From Dimorphilus gyrociliatus (taxonomy: Eukaryota > Animalia > Annelida), in NCBI GenBank assembly GCA_904063045.1, contig CAJFCJ010000019.1, positions 2,543,179-2,607,178 of the forward strand: DNA of 64,000 nucleotides. Reading direction: 5' to 3'. Made by a program: the position numbers and the translations under genes. Shown here one piece after another: positions 26,294-38,445 of the stretch (the stretch's first letter is position 1; each line of letters starts with the position of its first letter). The notes below the pieces were generated by a model. That model had not been told where the DNA came from. It worked only from the letters and a program-made list of their open reading frames with translations, and ran no database searches.

Positions 26294-26432
26294 TATTGTT
26301 CGCCAATTATAAACATACAGAGCGGATACTGTAAACTTATCGGACGAACTAATCATATTATCATTCCCCCTACACTCGACACGGCTCTAATGCAATAGAA
26401 CGCGATACAGAACTCATTCATAATGGAAAAGG
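26294..26432 (-). ncRNA. Box H/ACA snoRNA candidate (139 nt)
   Basis: Hairpin - H box ATAATA (26361-26356) - hairpin (GTTCG..CCGAT/ATTGG.CGAAC lower stem, TACAG/CTGTA upper stem, internal pocket) - ACA 3 nt from the end. Intronic, about 58 nt from the acceptor. Confidence 0.55.
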
Positions 26433-26658
26433 CCGACACATTCGTTGTCGAAATGCCAAATGTTTTAGTGACATTTTACTTTAATAACATAAATCGTCTT
26501 TCCTACAGTAAGAGTGTTCAGCCAACTTGAAAACGCTATACAAAATATTCATGGCCATATTGCTCTATTTATTATAAGGAAATGAAAAAAAATCGTTCGA
26601 TGCCACGTGGTCCGCAACATATTAAACGTTAGGCTTAGAAATACTGGAAGACTTACAA

Positions 26659-26732
26659 CATCGCATGCCCTTATCAAACCTCCGTCCAGTGAAAGGAGAA
26701 CTGGGAAGAAGATTTGACAAGGAGACGCAATG
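26659..26732 (-). ncRNA. mir-184: pre-miRNA of the mir-184 family; mature 3p arm 26688-26667 UGGACGGAGGUUUGAUAAGGGC
   Basis: 19/22 identity to canonical miR-184 (UGGACGGAGAACUGAUAAGGGC) with an intact seed. Long hairpin with 5p arm CCTTGTCAAATCTTCTTCCCAGT, 2-nt 3' overhang geometry, lower stem CATTGCGT/ATGCGATG, and CNNC (CTTC) at +17. Confidence 0.92.
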
Positions 26733-27269
26733 AAGGATTTTTGTCCGTAGAATCGATGCCGCCCAAATCGATGAGGTGTGGTGCTGTATTGTAAAGGGTC
26801 AATTAATTTCCTCCTTTATTCTACGTCTTTCCTTGGTATAATTTCGAGAAAACTTACTCGAAGGCATACACTACAGACAATAAAATGTTTTTCGTAGAAT
26901 AGAACGCCTTAATTCTCGCCAAATGTTCGACTAAAAGACTACCAACCTCACCATCACATTTCTGTCGACAAAATGGCGGAGTAGAAAAGCTGATCGATTT
27001 TCCAGTGAAAGTGTAAAAATTTTCGCACAGTTTGTACTCGGTCAATTCGATTTTTCACCCCCCCTAATCAACGCCACCTACATAGCTAGGTAACAAGTTT
27101 TTATGCACTGCTGCTGTTATTAGACGGGTTTGTGATCAGAGACTTTTATATTTAAAAGCATTATTTCGTTGTTTTAAGTACTCTAGCCGTTTATATACGG
27201 TACGATTAAATAGTTTTTAATGTTTAGCCTTGTACTTTAATATGATTCTTGTTGATATTTCAGAAAAAT

Positions 27270-27674
27270 ATGAACGCTCCTCCAACTTTCGAGTCATTCA
27301 TTTTATTCGAGGGCGAAAAGAAAGTCACTATCGAGAAAGATACAAAAGTACCGAACGCAGCTATATTCACAGTAAATAAGGAAGATCATACTATAGGAAA
27401 TATCTTAAGATGCCAATTGCTTAAAGATCCAAAGGTTGCATAATATAATACTCTTAACAAATATAATTAACCTAAAAACAACCAATAGGTTTTATTTGCC
27501 GGTTATAAACATCCGCATCCTCTTGAGCATAAAATCGTTCTTCGGGTGCAGACAACACCTGATACTACTCCTCAGATAGCGTTGACTGAAGCTATAACGG
27601 ATTTGATATCAGAGGTTTCGCTATTAGAAGAAAGATTCCGGGATGCGATAAGAGAAAAGAAAGAAATTGATTGA
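27270..27674 (+). CDS. POLR2J: RNA polymerase II subunit RPB11, 116 aa, 2 exons
   Basis: Exons 27270-27434 and 27489-27674. [32 protein letters not shown]|[15 protein letters not shown]. Confidence 0.97.
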
Positions 27675-30600
27675 TAACTTCATACAAACGGAAATGGAGT
27701 TGAGACTTTTATTATACTTTTGTTTATTTTTTTGTTTTGATACATCGTAAACTAACGCCATCTGCCGTGTAATTTCACCTGAGGCCGATACTTAGCTTAA
27801 TGTATTTTACACGCTAGAGAGCCTTCGACGCGTGCATCTATCGATGGTCGACTTGGCCCGATAACAAAATTTCAATTAGAATGAATTAAGCTCGCATTTT
27901 ATGCGTAATGAAACACGGTGCGTTGAATTCGCGTGCGTATTGTTGAAGCGACAGATGCCGGCGACTCAACATTTCTCCTCCACTTCACAAGTAATTCCCG
28001 CAAAAAAAAAGCGCGGGATCACATGAGATGAAAAGCTATAAAAACTATAATGAATCGCTCTGTGCTAGGAACATACACGCCCGACACTTTGAACCTGTCT
28101 CTCTGCTTTTTCGAATCTAATCTTTCAACAAGGCTCGTTTGTTACGCGATTATGTCCTTTTCTTCGCCGGTATTTATATTTCGGACAGACGGTACGAGCA
28201 GGATTTGTTTGACATTTAACAATGAGGGTAAAAAGGAAAGTTAAATAGGGTAAAGATAGGATAGATTGGTTATAATGAGAGGTTAAAAAGAGTAGCCTCA
28301 ACCCTTACGTTTTCTTTCACACTTTTTTCTTTTAATTTTACGACTCGATCGTGTAGGCGAATCTGTTTATAGCACCTTTTTTAGCGCCCATACGTATGTC
28401 GTTTATATCGAGTTGAATGTTGGCGGCTAATTAATGAAAAAGAATTTTTTAGTTCACTCAGCGCAGATGCACTAATTAAAGACGCGAAAATTCGCGTGAG
28501 TCGGTTAAAGGCGTCGTCACGCCTCTAGATCACAGAATTACGTAATCTCTTTGTCAGTGCACGGACGCTCTTAAAAGCTCGCCGCCGAGAAAAATTAACT
28601 TGTCCGACCTATGTACTGACATTCGACGTTGACCGGTGCATTGGACGCCGGCAGCTAATGTCTCTCGCTGAGCGGTCACGCGTCCCTCTTCTCACCCGGC
28701 AATTTCTCATTATCTCTTAAATTCATTACCATTTCGTAAAAGTGGGAAAAATCTTCATTTGCCGACAGTTGTATCAAATTGCATATACTGCAATGCACGC
28801 GACGGAAAGTGACAGAGTTATTGGCTGGCTTTAAAAATTTCCCTTTATCGTTTCAATCTGGCGTGCGTATGTATGTGTGTGTGTATAGGTATATTAGGTA
28901 CTGTGCATGCAGCGTCGAACGACGTAGGGCGTCGATTCGCAGTTTCGATAAGACGTTTTTCTTTTTGTCTAGTATTCCATAGTTTTCCGTAATTGCTGTA
29001 CACTATAATAGAATCGTTCTATAGAGGCGTCAGTAAATTGTTCGCTCTTCTTACAAACGCCTTTGGCGGGCACGCATATTCGACGCCCGCATTTTTGGAG
29101 CTTTTTAATCCATTTTATTACGTAATGGAGTGCTATCGAACTATACCCGCATACACTGTCGTTCGCGTGCTATGCAGTTCGTGTCTCGTATTACTATTAC
29201 CGCTTTTTCCCGTCTTACGTAATCTGTCTCTTATTTAGCTTTTAGTGTAAATTGTTAGGAGTGAAAAATGAAAAAAGAACGAACTTATTCAAGTGCATCG
29301 CGTTCAATCATGCCGTTCTTTTATTCTTCCCTCGAGGATTCTAAGGGGACGCTACGCACGAAAATTTATCGCCAATATTAATTTTTAGGCGGTTTTTCTC
29401 GTGCGAAGAAAGTATTTTAGAGGAAATTAATACAAAGAACAAACCGCAAAGAAAAATATTAGAAGAAAATAAGAAGAGGAGATGGAAGAAGAGGGGGATT
29501 ACCGGGGAGGATGAATTGATAGGTTGACAGCGTCCTTATCTCTAACCTGTTGCACTTATTTGCATTGACAGGAGTGAAAACGATGCAAATGAGAAAGCAG
29601 ATTATCGTCGAGTGATCTGCGGGTGCTGCGTGGAAGTGTTTATTGACGCTGATTGTCTTCTTCTTGGCACCAGTCGTCTTTTAGCTTTATCACCAACTAA
29701 TATATTCATACTTTCTTGAAATGACACAGGGTTACGTAACACGCGTTCGCTCTTAACGCGTCAATCTCACTCTACTTAAAATCGTTTATAATCCTTGTTT
29801 AAGATGGCGTCGAAATTTATTGTTTAATTTTATTGACATACATTAGCTGATACATTTATCTATTTAGACTAATACCTTTCTAATAAACAATGCATTAAGG
29901 CACTTGTATGCTTTCTGTATGTTGAAAGTATTATATGGAGAGATTTCGTATTATTTTCACCACAGCTCATTTTGTTCTCCTTTCCATACCCCCTCCTACT
30001 ATACCAATTAACGTTATCAGGCGTGGCACCAGATTACACGTTGTAAATAATCAGATTAACGAAAATGCCACCTCTGTTGCCCGTCTGTTTTGTCTTTTTT
30101 TTATAACGGGTTGTAAAGAGAAATTACCGTATCGGATTGCAAACGGGAAAGCGTTTCAAGTTGTACCACAGAAGTACCCCCCACTCTTCGTCTGATTCTT
30201 TATTGTTTTAACAGCTACCCATATTGTGTAAATTTACATAGCGTATCAATTGGAAATTGATGGTAATTTTGTGACGTAATGGGAAAAAAAATACGAGTAC
30301 TTTTCCACTTTGTATACAAAACTGTATATTGTATATAGGCACAAATCGGACTTGAAATAAATATGTATTTTTTTCCAGATTATACGGGCGTGTCAATCCG
30401 CTAATTATGCAAATAATCAGCTTTACTCTAGCGAAGGAGCGCGCGCCTTTAACGAGATAATCGGCTTAGAAACGTCGTTGTCCAAGTGTCGAAAGCTGCC
30501 GACGAATTTTAATCATAAAGCTTGAAAAATTGCAACATTACTCCAAAAGTACACATTCTTCCTGTCTTTTTCCCCTCACTAAATACAGTATTTATATTTA

Positions 30601-32588
30601 TGTGCGTACACTTGCACCTTTTATTTATTAGACTCTTATGCACTATGCAGAACGTACCGCACACTTCAGAAAAAAAGAAATTTCCCCCGCCTAGGTGCAA
30701 ACTGCCCTCAAGCGCTCTACGACATTACGACGTTTGCATGACACAATCAGCGTCTTATCGAATCGTTCCATCGTTAATATTCTCCTCCTAATCATTTTTA
30801 TCTGCATCAATCAATTTCGTACGACAGATGCGCTCCGTTTATTTTCTTCTATATTGATTATTTAACGCTTTTTATTTGTCCGATTAAGTGAAGATAAATG
30901 TCGCTAGTTCCTCACCCTCAATTATACTTTATTATAGGATAAAACGTCAAAGAATTAGCATACGTCATTCAGGTATGCGGCCCCCCTCCAACACAGTTAA
31001 GTCCTAATAGCTTGTACTTGCTGAGATTTCCCGTCATTTTAGACGCTAGTCGGTATCTAATTTCAATTTGTTCGGCACGAATTGAAAGTTAATAGAATTC
31101 TTTGCGAATATTTCTATTATAAAAGCGAAAAGAACAAACAAAACAAAGGAATGATAGTACTATATGCCTTTTTTATGTATTCCCAAAAACAAAATGGTGA
31201 AAAAGAAATAAACAATTTTATTTATGTTCAACATATGTATAATACATAATTTATGTACAGTATTTACAGAATAAGCTTCATAAATAACTGGTAAATGTTG
31301 TTGAGAAAAGCGCTGTCTTTGCTTTCAATTAATAAATACCAAGTATAAGAGTTATGTACTTAACGCGTGTACACATACACACACACACACTCTCATACTC
31401 ATACTTACATATAAACACATAGATATAAGTGCTCTGTACTCTCTTGTATATTAACATATAAAATTATATATACTTATATAAACATATTTATATATAGATA
31501 TATAACACACATACACGCACACGCGCTTGTACATATTAGAAGTATATTTTATATACTTTTACATGTGTAAACACCTGAGTAGTTTGTTTATAAACACAAT
31601 TTTATAAATAGGTAAATATTTCTGTTAATTCGTTTTACAGAGAGAAGGTACATAACAACGCTTTTCTCTTTCTTTTCACTATTTAATGGCACAATATATG
31701 TTCGTAGGTTTTTTTTTTTATAAAAAAAAAAGAAAAAAAAAACTTACGTTAAACATATTTGTTTTATAAAAAAAAAAACAAAAATACTAGGTTATAAAAA
31801 TATATAAAATCTCACAAAAGAGATATGCATATGAGTGTAAAACAAAACAAAAAAATATAGAATACAGATAATAATAAACTAGATAATGGGAACTAGTAGA
31901 GTGTGAACACAATAAACGGCTAATTATCGATAAATGACGTGCAGACATAAAACGTATGTATAATTGTGAAGTGATAAAAAAAAAGAAGGAAATTAAGGGG
32001 AAAAAAACGAAAGAGGAACTAAATACTAATTATTTACAAACACTTTAAGTTGAAGGAGATCAATGTGAAAACTGAAGAGGAACAACGATGAGAAAATCAG
32101 CGTGATAGACGTATTTCAAAGTCGATTTCAGTCACTTGAACAACATCTGTTGTCTCGTTCGCGGTAAATCAGTCGACAAGAGATACGTGATTATGTATAA
32201 ATGAAAAATATACACTATTATAAGCACCGCGCTGAGCACCAATCTTCTACTACTTCTTCTTTTCGTAATAAGTGCAAGAGAATACATTTATATATGTGAA
32301 GAGAAAGAGTACGTAGTGAGGACCAAAGAGTGAGAAAAGTGGAGATTTATATAAATCAGTACCGTTACTAGCTACTTTTTTTGTTCGGGGAAAAAAATGC
32401 CAGCTAGGTAGAAGCAATCTCGAACTTTTTCCTTCTTTCTTCGATTCATTCCTAGATCAACTGCTGTTATCTGTCCTTCTTTCACCTTCCTTAATGCTTT
32501 TGTTTTTTCTTTTTTCTCTTTATGTACAGAGACACGTAGGCATATATGAACGTAAAAAAGTAAATTGCCTAAGTATATAGCGCGGCTG

Positions 32589-35500
32589 CTAGGGCTGATT
32601 TTCTTCGTGTTCATTTTCGGCTACCAACGAGAGTTTGTGTTTTAGCTTATCAGTTACTTCGCCTGTTTCATCAAATGAAAGTTGAAAAGTAACCGGCCTC
32701 TTTTCTGAATTTTCGTAAATTTCCATTTTGGGATCCGTTGAAGAACCCTCAACTCGTAATTGGGACATTGAGGATACAGGTGTCGAACGTCTGCTTGATG
32801 TAACAAAGACAGATGATATTCGACGGCACAAAGATTCTGACCAACTTGCGTTGGAAGAGTTCTGTTCGGGGAAAAAAAACTTATTGTTAAAAGGGTCATA
32901 ATTAGCCTTAAGCGTAAACCGAGCGGGACACGTGCGGACGGTCGTCTACCTATTCTCACAAAGACATCAGCTATGCAACACTGCACCGCGTTAATTGGCT
33001 AGTAGTGTCTGACGTCACAAAGATCGACGCACGTGTTCAATCGATTTGCATACACGGAGCACCACACAAAGAGACGAGGCGTTTGATGGATTAAAGCGGC
33101 CGAGGCTCGACCGGCCCGGGTCATCCACATATCTTACGCAATATCGCACAATGCTTCGCGACCGTTTCTTTTCTTCTTCTTTATTGCGGGGACAGGTTCA
33201 TGTCACTTTCCGCAACGGTACGCGGCACGCGTCCAAAGTGTTAAATAGCCTCGCGCGCTGTCGTCGGGTAGGAATGGGAGCCCGCGTCAATTAGAGAGCC
33301 GTCAACAAACGTACACTTCTGGGTTAGTTGGCCTTAAGGGCAGCGAATAGAAAGTTGCTTTGATCTATTTACATTGGGTATATATATACTGATTACGTAC
33401 GGTCTACTAAGAGTCGTTCTAATCTATAAATATACGATATATGGAGGGGAACGAAATCGACTACTTTGCACAAAAGCAATTCATCTTCTCTTTTACTCGC
33501 AGGTGCCTAGAGCAAATAAACAAAAGTGCCTCTAGGGCTGACGTCATCTTCGCCTGGTATAGTAGAATGACGAATATCGATAAGTCTAAGATATAAAGGA
33601 TCAGTTTGACGTTAAACGACTCATAAATTGTTCAATTGTAACGTTTCTCAGGCGATAAGCAATACACCAATTGCCGGCAATTAAACATTTGATACTTTGA
33701 CGCCTAAGACAGATTCTTCCAGTGGTTCAACTTGCATTTCAGAGAAACCGGATAGGATCTTATCAGCGTGATTCCGGCAAACTAAAAACGTTACACACTT
33801 AACCCAAGCGTCACGTGTCCGTCGGAAAGTCGACAAATCCCATCCGTCCGTTAAACATACCGATTTTCCATTTGCAACAGGGAAAGGGTGGGGGGGAGGT
33901 GGGTGGGGAGGGCGAGTGAAACTTTGAAGTCAGACGGAGAAAGTTACGGGCGATATTGATAGACGATTAAAGAGCAGAGAGAGAGAGTTTGTTTGTACTA
34001 TATATACAGTATATGTATAGATACGCGAGATGAGATAAATAGATAGGAGGGAGGAGGAGGGAAGATAATTAAATACTAAAATATAAAATGAATACAATTG
34101 CTGTAAAACTTCCCGCACGTAACATTATATAGCCATAAAATATGCGCGATTACACGTGCGTATACGCGTTTATTATAAGTGGGAAACTTCATTTTTACAC
34201 GCAGCAAAAGGCAGTGATGGTGGCGTTTTGTAACTGTCAGCCGCAGATGGTAAGCAAGACGATACGACGATTGTTTTAAAAAGCTGTTGCGCCGTCTAGG
34301 GAGTCTTTTATATAATACCTAACTCTATCTATCTTAAATGTTTATATAAATGTATCAGATTATAGTTCATTATATAAGTTATATTGCCATTTACTATATT
34401 ATATACTATGGTGTATTTATTTCCTTTTTATTTCATTTCCCTTTGTCTAATTCATTGACGTGATCTTTCGCAGGCGGATATGATGAATGACATTTTCATT
34501 ACGAAATTACACAAGGTTTTCTCCCCACAGTAACAGAAAAATAATGTACCGAAATATTGCATTGCTATGGTTATTCTAATGAGGCAGAATATTAATAATA
34601 TTTCCTTTTTATTTAAACATCCCTTAATGCGCGTCAATTCATTTACAAGTTGAACGTAGATTAAAATCGAATAAAACAATAATCTGTCATCGATCAAACA
34701 GAAGTAGAAGAACATTAATCATTCATCGAAAATTAACGCTCACTTTTTACTTTTTTTGTCTATTAAAGGTTGTTATTGAAAAGAGGGACGCGCTCAATTC
34801 GCTTCAGTCGCCCTTTGAAGCTGTAATTCAGCATTTGATAAAGCGGGGTTTGATTACAAGCATCTGATTCAAGTATAATTTATTTTACACATTCAATATA
34901 TTTATATATCTATATATGTATTTATGGACACGTCGCTTTCTTCCATGTGTATTGGATATAAATCTTTTATAGATACCGCCATACAATCGTATACGACTTC
35001 ATAAATCGGTATTGGTTTACAGGTGCGCTCCCCACCGATAAAAGTAAACATCTGATACTCGCCAGGTGCACGCTGCTCATTTCACACAGCTTTACGTAAT
35101 CGAGAGTTTCACGTCATTCTTAACCATACACCTCTCATCGGCCGGAAGGGAAAATTACATACCGACAACGGCACACTTACAGATTAATTTACTCTTCAAT
35201 TAATCTCCTAACTGATAATTCATTTCATTTTTTCCCCTCTTCATAAATTACAATGAGTTATAATGCGCGCGTGCATTACACGAAAGAAACATAAACAGAT
35301 ACTGCATTACAACCATCAAACGCTTTTGCCTCACACATAAGATAAGATAAGATAGGAAAATAAAGGATATATTACCAAACTTTGTAGACTGTCGTGGAAT
35401 TCGTCGGATATTCTCCGCAATTGTTGCCCAACGTATTTGGACTCTTCTTCACAAAAAACCGGCATTGAAATCGCCCTCTTCCGTCTTCCACTATCCACTT

Positions 35501-38445
35501 GGTCCGTCGTCAACACTGAAACATTACAAAATGCCGTTGAAAAACGATTTGCCCACGATCCGCGAACGCTCTTTCTCGCCCCGCCCCTGCCGTTCGATTA
35601 AGCTCCGCCCTTCCTTTCAGTAATGGACACCGCTGCGTTTGAAGTATTCCCGTATTGGGGCACATTGTTACCCGCATTCGAGCATGACACACACACACAC
35701 ATACAGACACAGTCTGCGCGGTGCAGGTGCGCCTTGTGTATAGTGCTAATGAGCGCTTTTTTTCAATACTTAACAAGTAAACCTTCCTATTGAGCGTACA
35801 AAAGTGAAATAAAGGCAATTAGTACCGATTGTTCATTAGTTCTCTTACACAAGCGGTCAATGATTTACAAGTCGTCGAACTATTCATTTACTGAATCAGC
35901 AAAAATTAGTGATGAATATCGAAAGAAAACAAATATTACTAATAGTTTAAATAGAAAAACAACATTAAAAAAAACCATCATACCCATGTGATTAGTCACA
36001 TGATTAAGCTTCCCTTATGATTTGGTTAACCTTATTGGGACAAAGATGGAAGGGGAAAAAAAAAGTTTTGCAGGAGAATAATTATTGCGTAACGAAGTGT
36101 CAAAGAATCTTTAAAAATAATTTTTTATCTTTCGTCAAGTAGTCGCATTAAATTAAGCGACTGCTACAGTAAACATAAAAGCGTCACATAAATCTAAGAC
36201 CAAAAGAGCAGTTACACACTGACAAAACGCAGTAAGTTCCGTCTGGGGAAACGTAAATAGTTTATACAACTCTAAGAATATTGCGGCCAATCAGCGCAAA
36301 GCGACCGTTCTTTGTTTGCCGCCCCGTAACTCTAGCTTAGTCTTCTCTTTACGATTGTAAACAAAGAAATCACGAAATCGTTAATATTAATGACCCGCAT
36401 ACACCGCTGATTGGCCAACGAAAGATAATTAATGTGCGGATCGTTTTTTCGCTCTCAACTTTCTGCTTTTTGCCTTTCATTATTTCGTATATTTACGCCA
36501 ATATGCATTATTGAATAAGTTATTAGACGGCAAAAGCTGAACAATTGCGGTGTGACGATTGAATATTTTTATTTAAATAAAGGCGCCGAGCGGTAGTAAT
36601 AATAAAGATGTCAGGGAAGGCGATACTCTTAGATCTTTGCCGTGTATACTTTTCACAAATAAATATACCGAGGCAATACGCAAACAGACTGTTTTGCTAA
36701 ATAATCAACACGGTTATACAAGGCTAGATCACGCAAAAGAATGTTTTGCTTGAAGACTGTTGACAATGGACAGTAATGAGTGACTTGCCCGAGGGACGCC
36801 TCGCGGGAGAGGAGAATTGCGGAGAAAAAAAAAGGGAAAACTATAAGGGCGGCAATTCTTGCGCTGAGCATGCCAAAACCCAATTACGCATAATTAATGA
36901 CATAGGATGATGACTGATCAAATAGAAGGCGATTAATTTCTTCAGCCAATCCATGCTAAAACTTTTGCTCTCATAAATAGATTGAAATTAATAAAACAAG
37001 TGTCAAAAGTATTAACTCTAAATGTATGTGCGATTAAGAATCTCATATTATTTATACAATCTTACATAATATATACATATGAAAACTTTTTATATACATA
37101 GTCCTATACAAATTTGTCGGCAACGACAAACTCGAGTTGAAACACGTGCATTCTATCAGTCATCTCTTAGCGAGCACCTTAAAAGCGTCAGGGGCACCCT
37201 GAATTGATTACTTCATTTTTCTTCAAAGCTCAAACATTGCGAAATACTCTTTGGCATGCCGCAACGCGTACTGAATAGGCTGTTATATACAAATCTCGAT
37301 TAATAATGCGTATATTTTATATATATAAAGAAAACAATTGATTGTCTATACATGCTGATGTCAGACAACATAAGAGCATAAAATCATCATAAATAGGCAA
37401 GTCATGTGAGAAAGTTTTATCGATAAACGATTCTTGGCACGCGCCTATAGAGATATCTATATTTTAGATGACCAAGTTAAATGTTGTTTCATGTAGTTTC
37501 GAGTGTCATAAAATTACCGTATAAAGTAGAGTGTCGAATTTACTGAGCTACCTTTTCATGAATTTTCGCTTAAGAAATATACGCGTCACGTTTTTTTTAC
37601 GCTTTTCCGGTCGGTCGGCACGTTTTGTAAATGAATATGATGCAAGCATTTAATTTTCTATTATACACATTGACAGCTCAATAGATGATTATGTCACGTG
37701 CAACACCCTTCATTAGGCGAATTATGAATCTGTAGAAGGTCAGCCAAGTTGTTATTTTTGAATAATAGCTAATTTAATACCAGGACGAGTCACGTCCTTA
37801 AATAATCAACAGGTACGTATAGAATATTCTAACGTGTACTTACCGTTCTGAAAAGGCAATTGGGAAGTACAAATTGAAATTGAACGTTTTTTAGAACTCA
37901 TAATCACTGTTTGAGAACTTTTATGCAACTGTCTGTATTCTTTGTTTACAGTAAATAGAAGGTTATCTAATCGCTTCAATCGGTGACTAGCCTGTCAATA
38001 GGCCTCATAAGGTTATAAGGTCATTGACTACTCACCATTTTTCTTTGTTGCCTGCGGTCCTATGCTTTAAATGACTAATTCATATCATCTTACGTTAAGC
38101 GGAAGTTCCTATCAGTCGTAATATGATTTAATAACAATTTGTGAGGTTGTTATCAGGTGATTGAGTTGAAATATGTTAGGGAAAATGTGTTTGTTTTCAA
38201 CTTAGTTAATGGCCACGTAATCTGGTTTGTTGAACATTAATAAAAGTTTTGTGATAAGATGGACTCGCTATTCGGTAAGCAACGAAAAGATATTTGCCAA
38301 GAAAAAAAATTTACTCACCCGGAAAGAAGGAGGAATTCAATCTGGGACTTGATGGTAAACTTAACGACTGTTTCCGTACATTTTGGAAATTAGACGGTAA
38401 AAACACATCGTCGTCAAGGCTTTCCTCGGAAGAGTAATATTGCAT
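32589..38445 (-). CDS. BH3-only pro-apoptotic protein, BAD/BMF-like, 179 aa (187 aa with optional microexon)
   Basis: Exons 38445-38319 (phase 1), optional 38059-38036 (24 nt), 35515-35376, 32861-32589, all with canonical splice sites and matching phases. BH3 YVGQQLRRISDEFHDSL, preceded by RKRAISMP and RKQSLSLP. N-terminal EESLDDDVFLP. Confidence 0.8.

Larger units (their letters stand above)
26236..26989 (-). ncRNA. Spliced 5' TOP-like non-coding host transcript (mir-184 plus H/ACA snoRNA), head-to-head with POLR2J; 3' end undetermined
   Basis: Start CTTTTCT at about 26989 followed by CCGCCATTTT (YY1-type). Exons 26989-26952, 26870-26858 (13 nt), 26783-26657, 26564-26480. A 244-nt intron 26479-26236 is longer than its neighbours and holds the H/ACA fold. 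Confidence 0.65.

Noticed and set aside
26480-27045. Protein-coding reading of the mir-184 host (about 105-aa TTG-started frame or 41-aa ATG frame)
   Set aside because: No in-frame ATG for the long frame, no recognisable homology, and the main exon is explained by the miRNA hairpin. A micropeptide is not fully excluded.
27700-31200. Short ORFs (60-90 aa) in the gene-free block
   Set aside because: No motifs and no phase-consistent exon chain.
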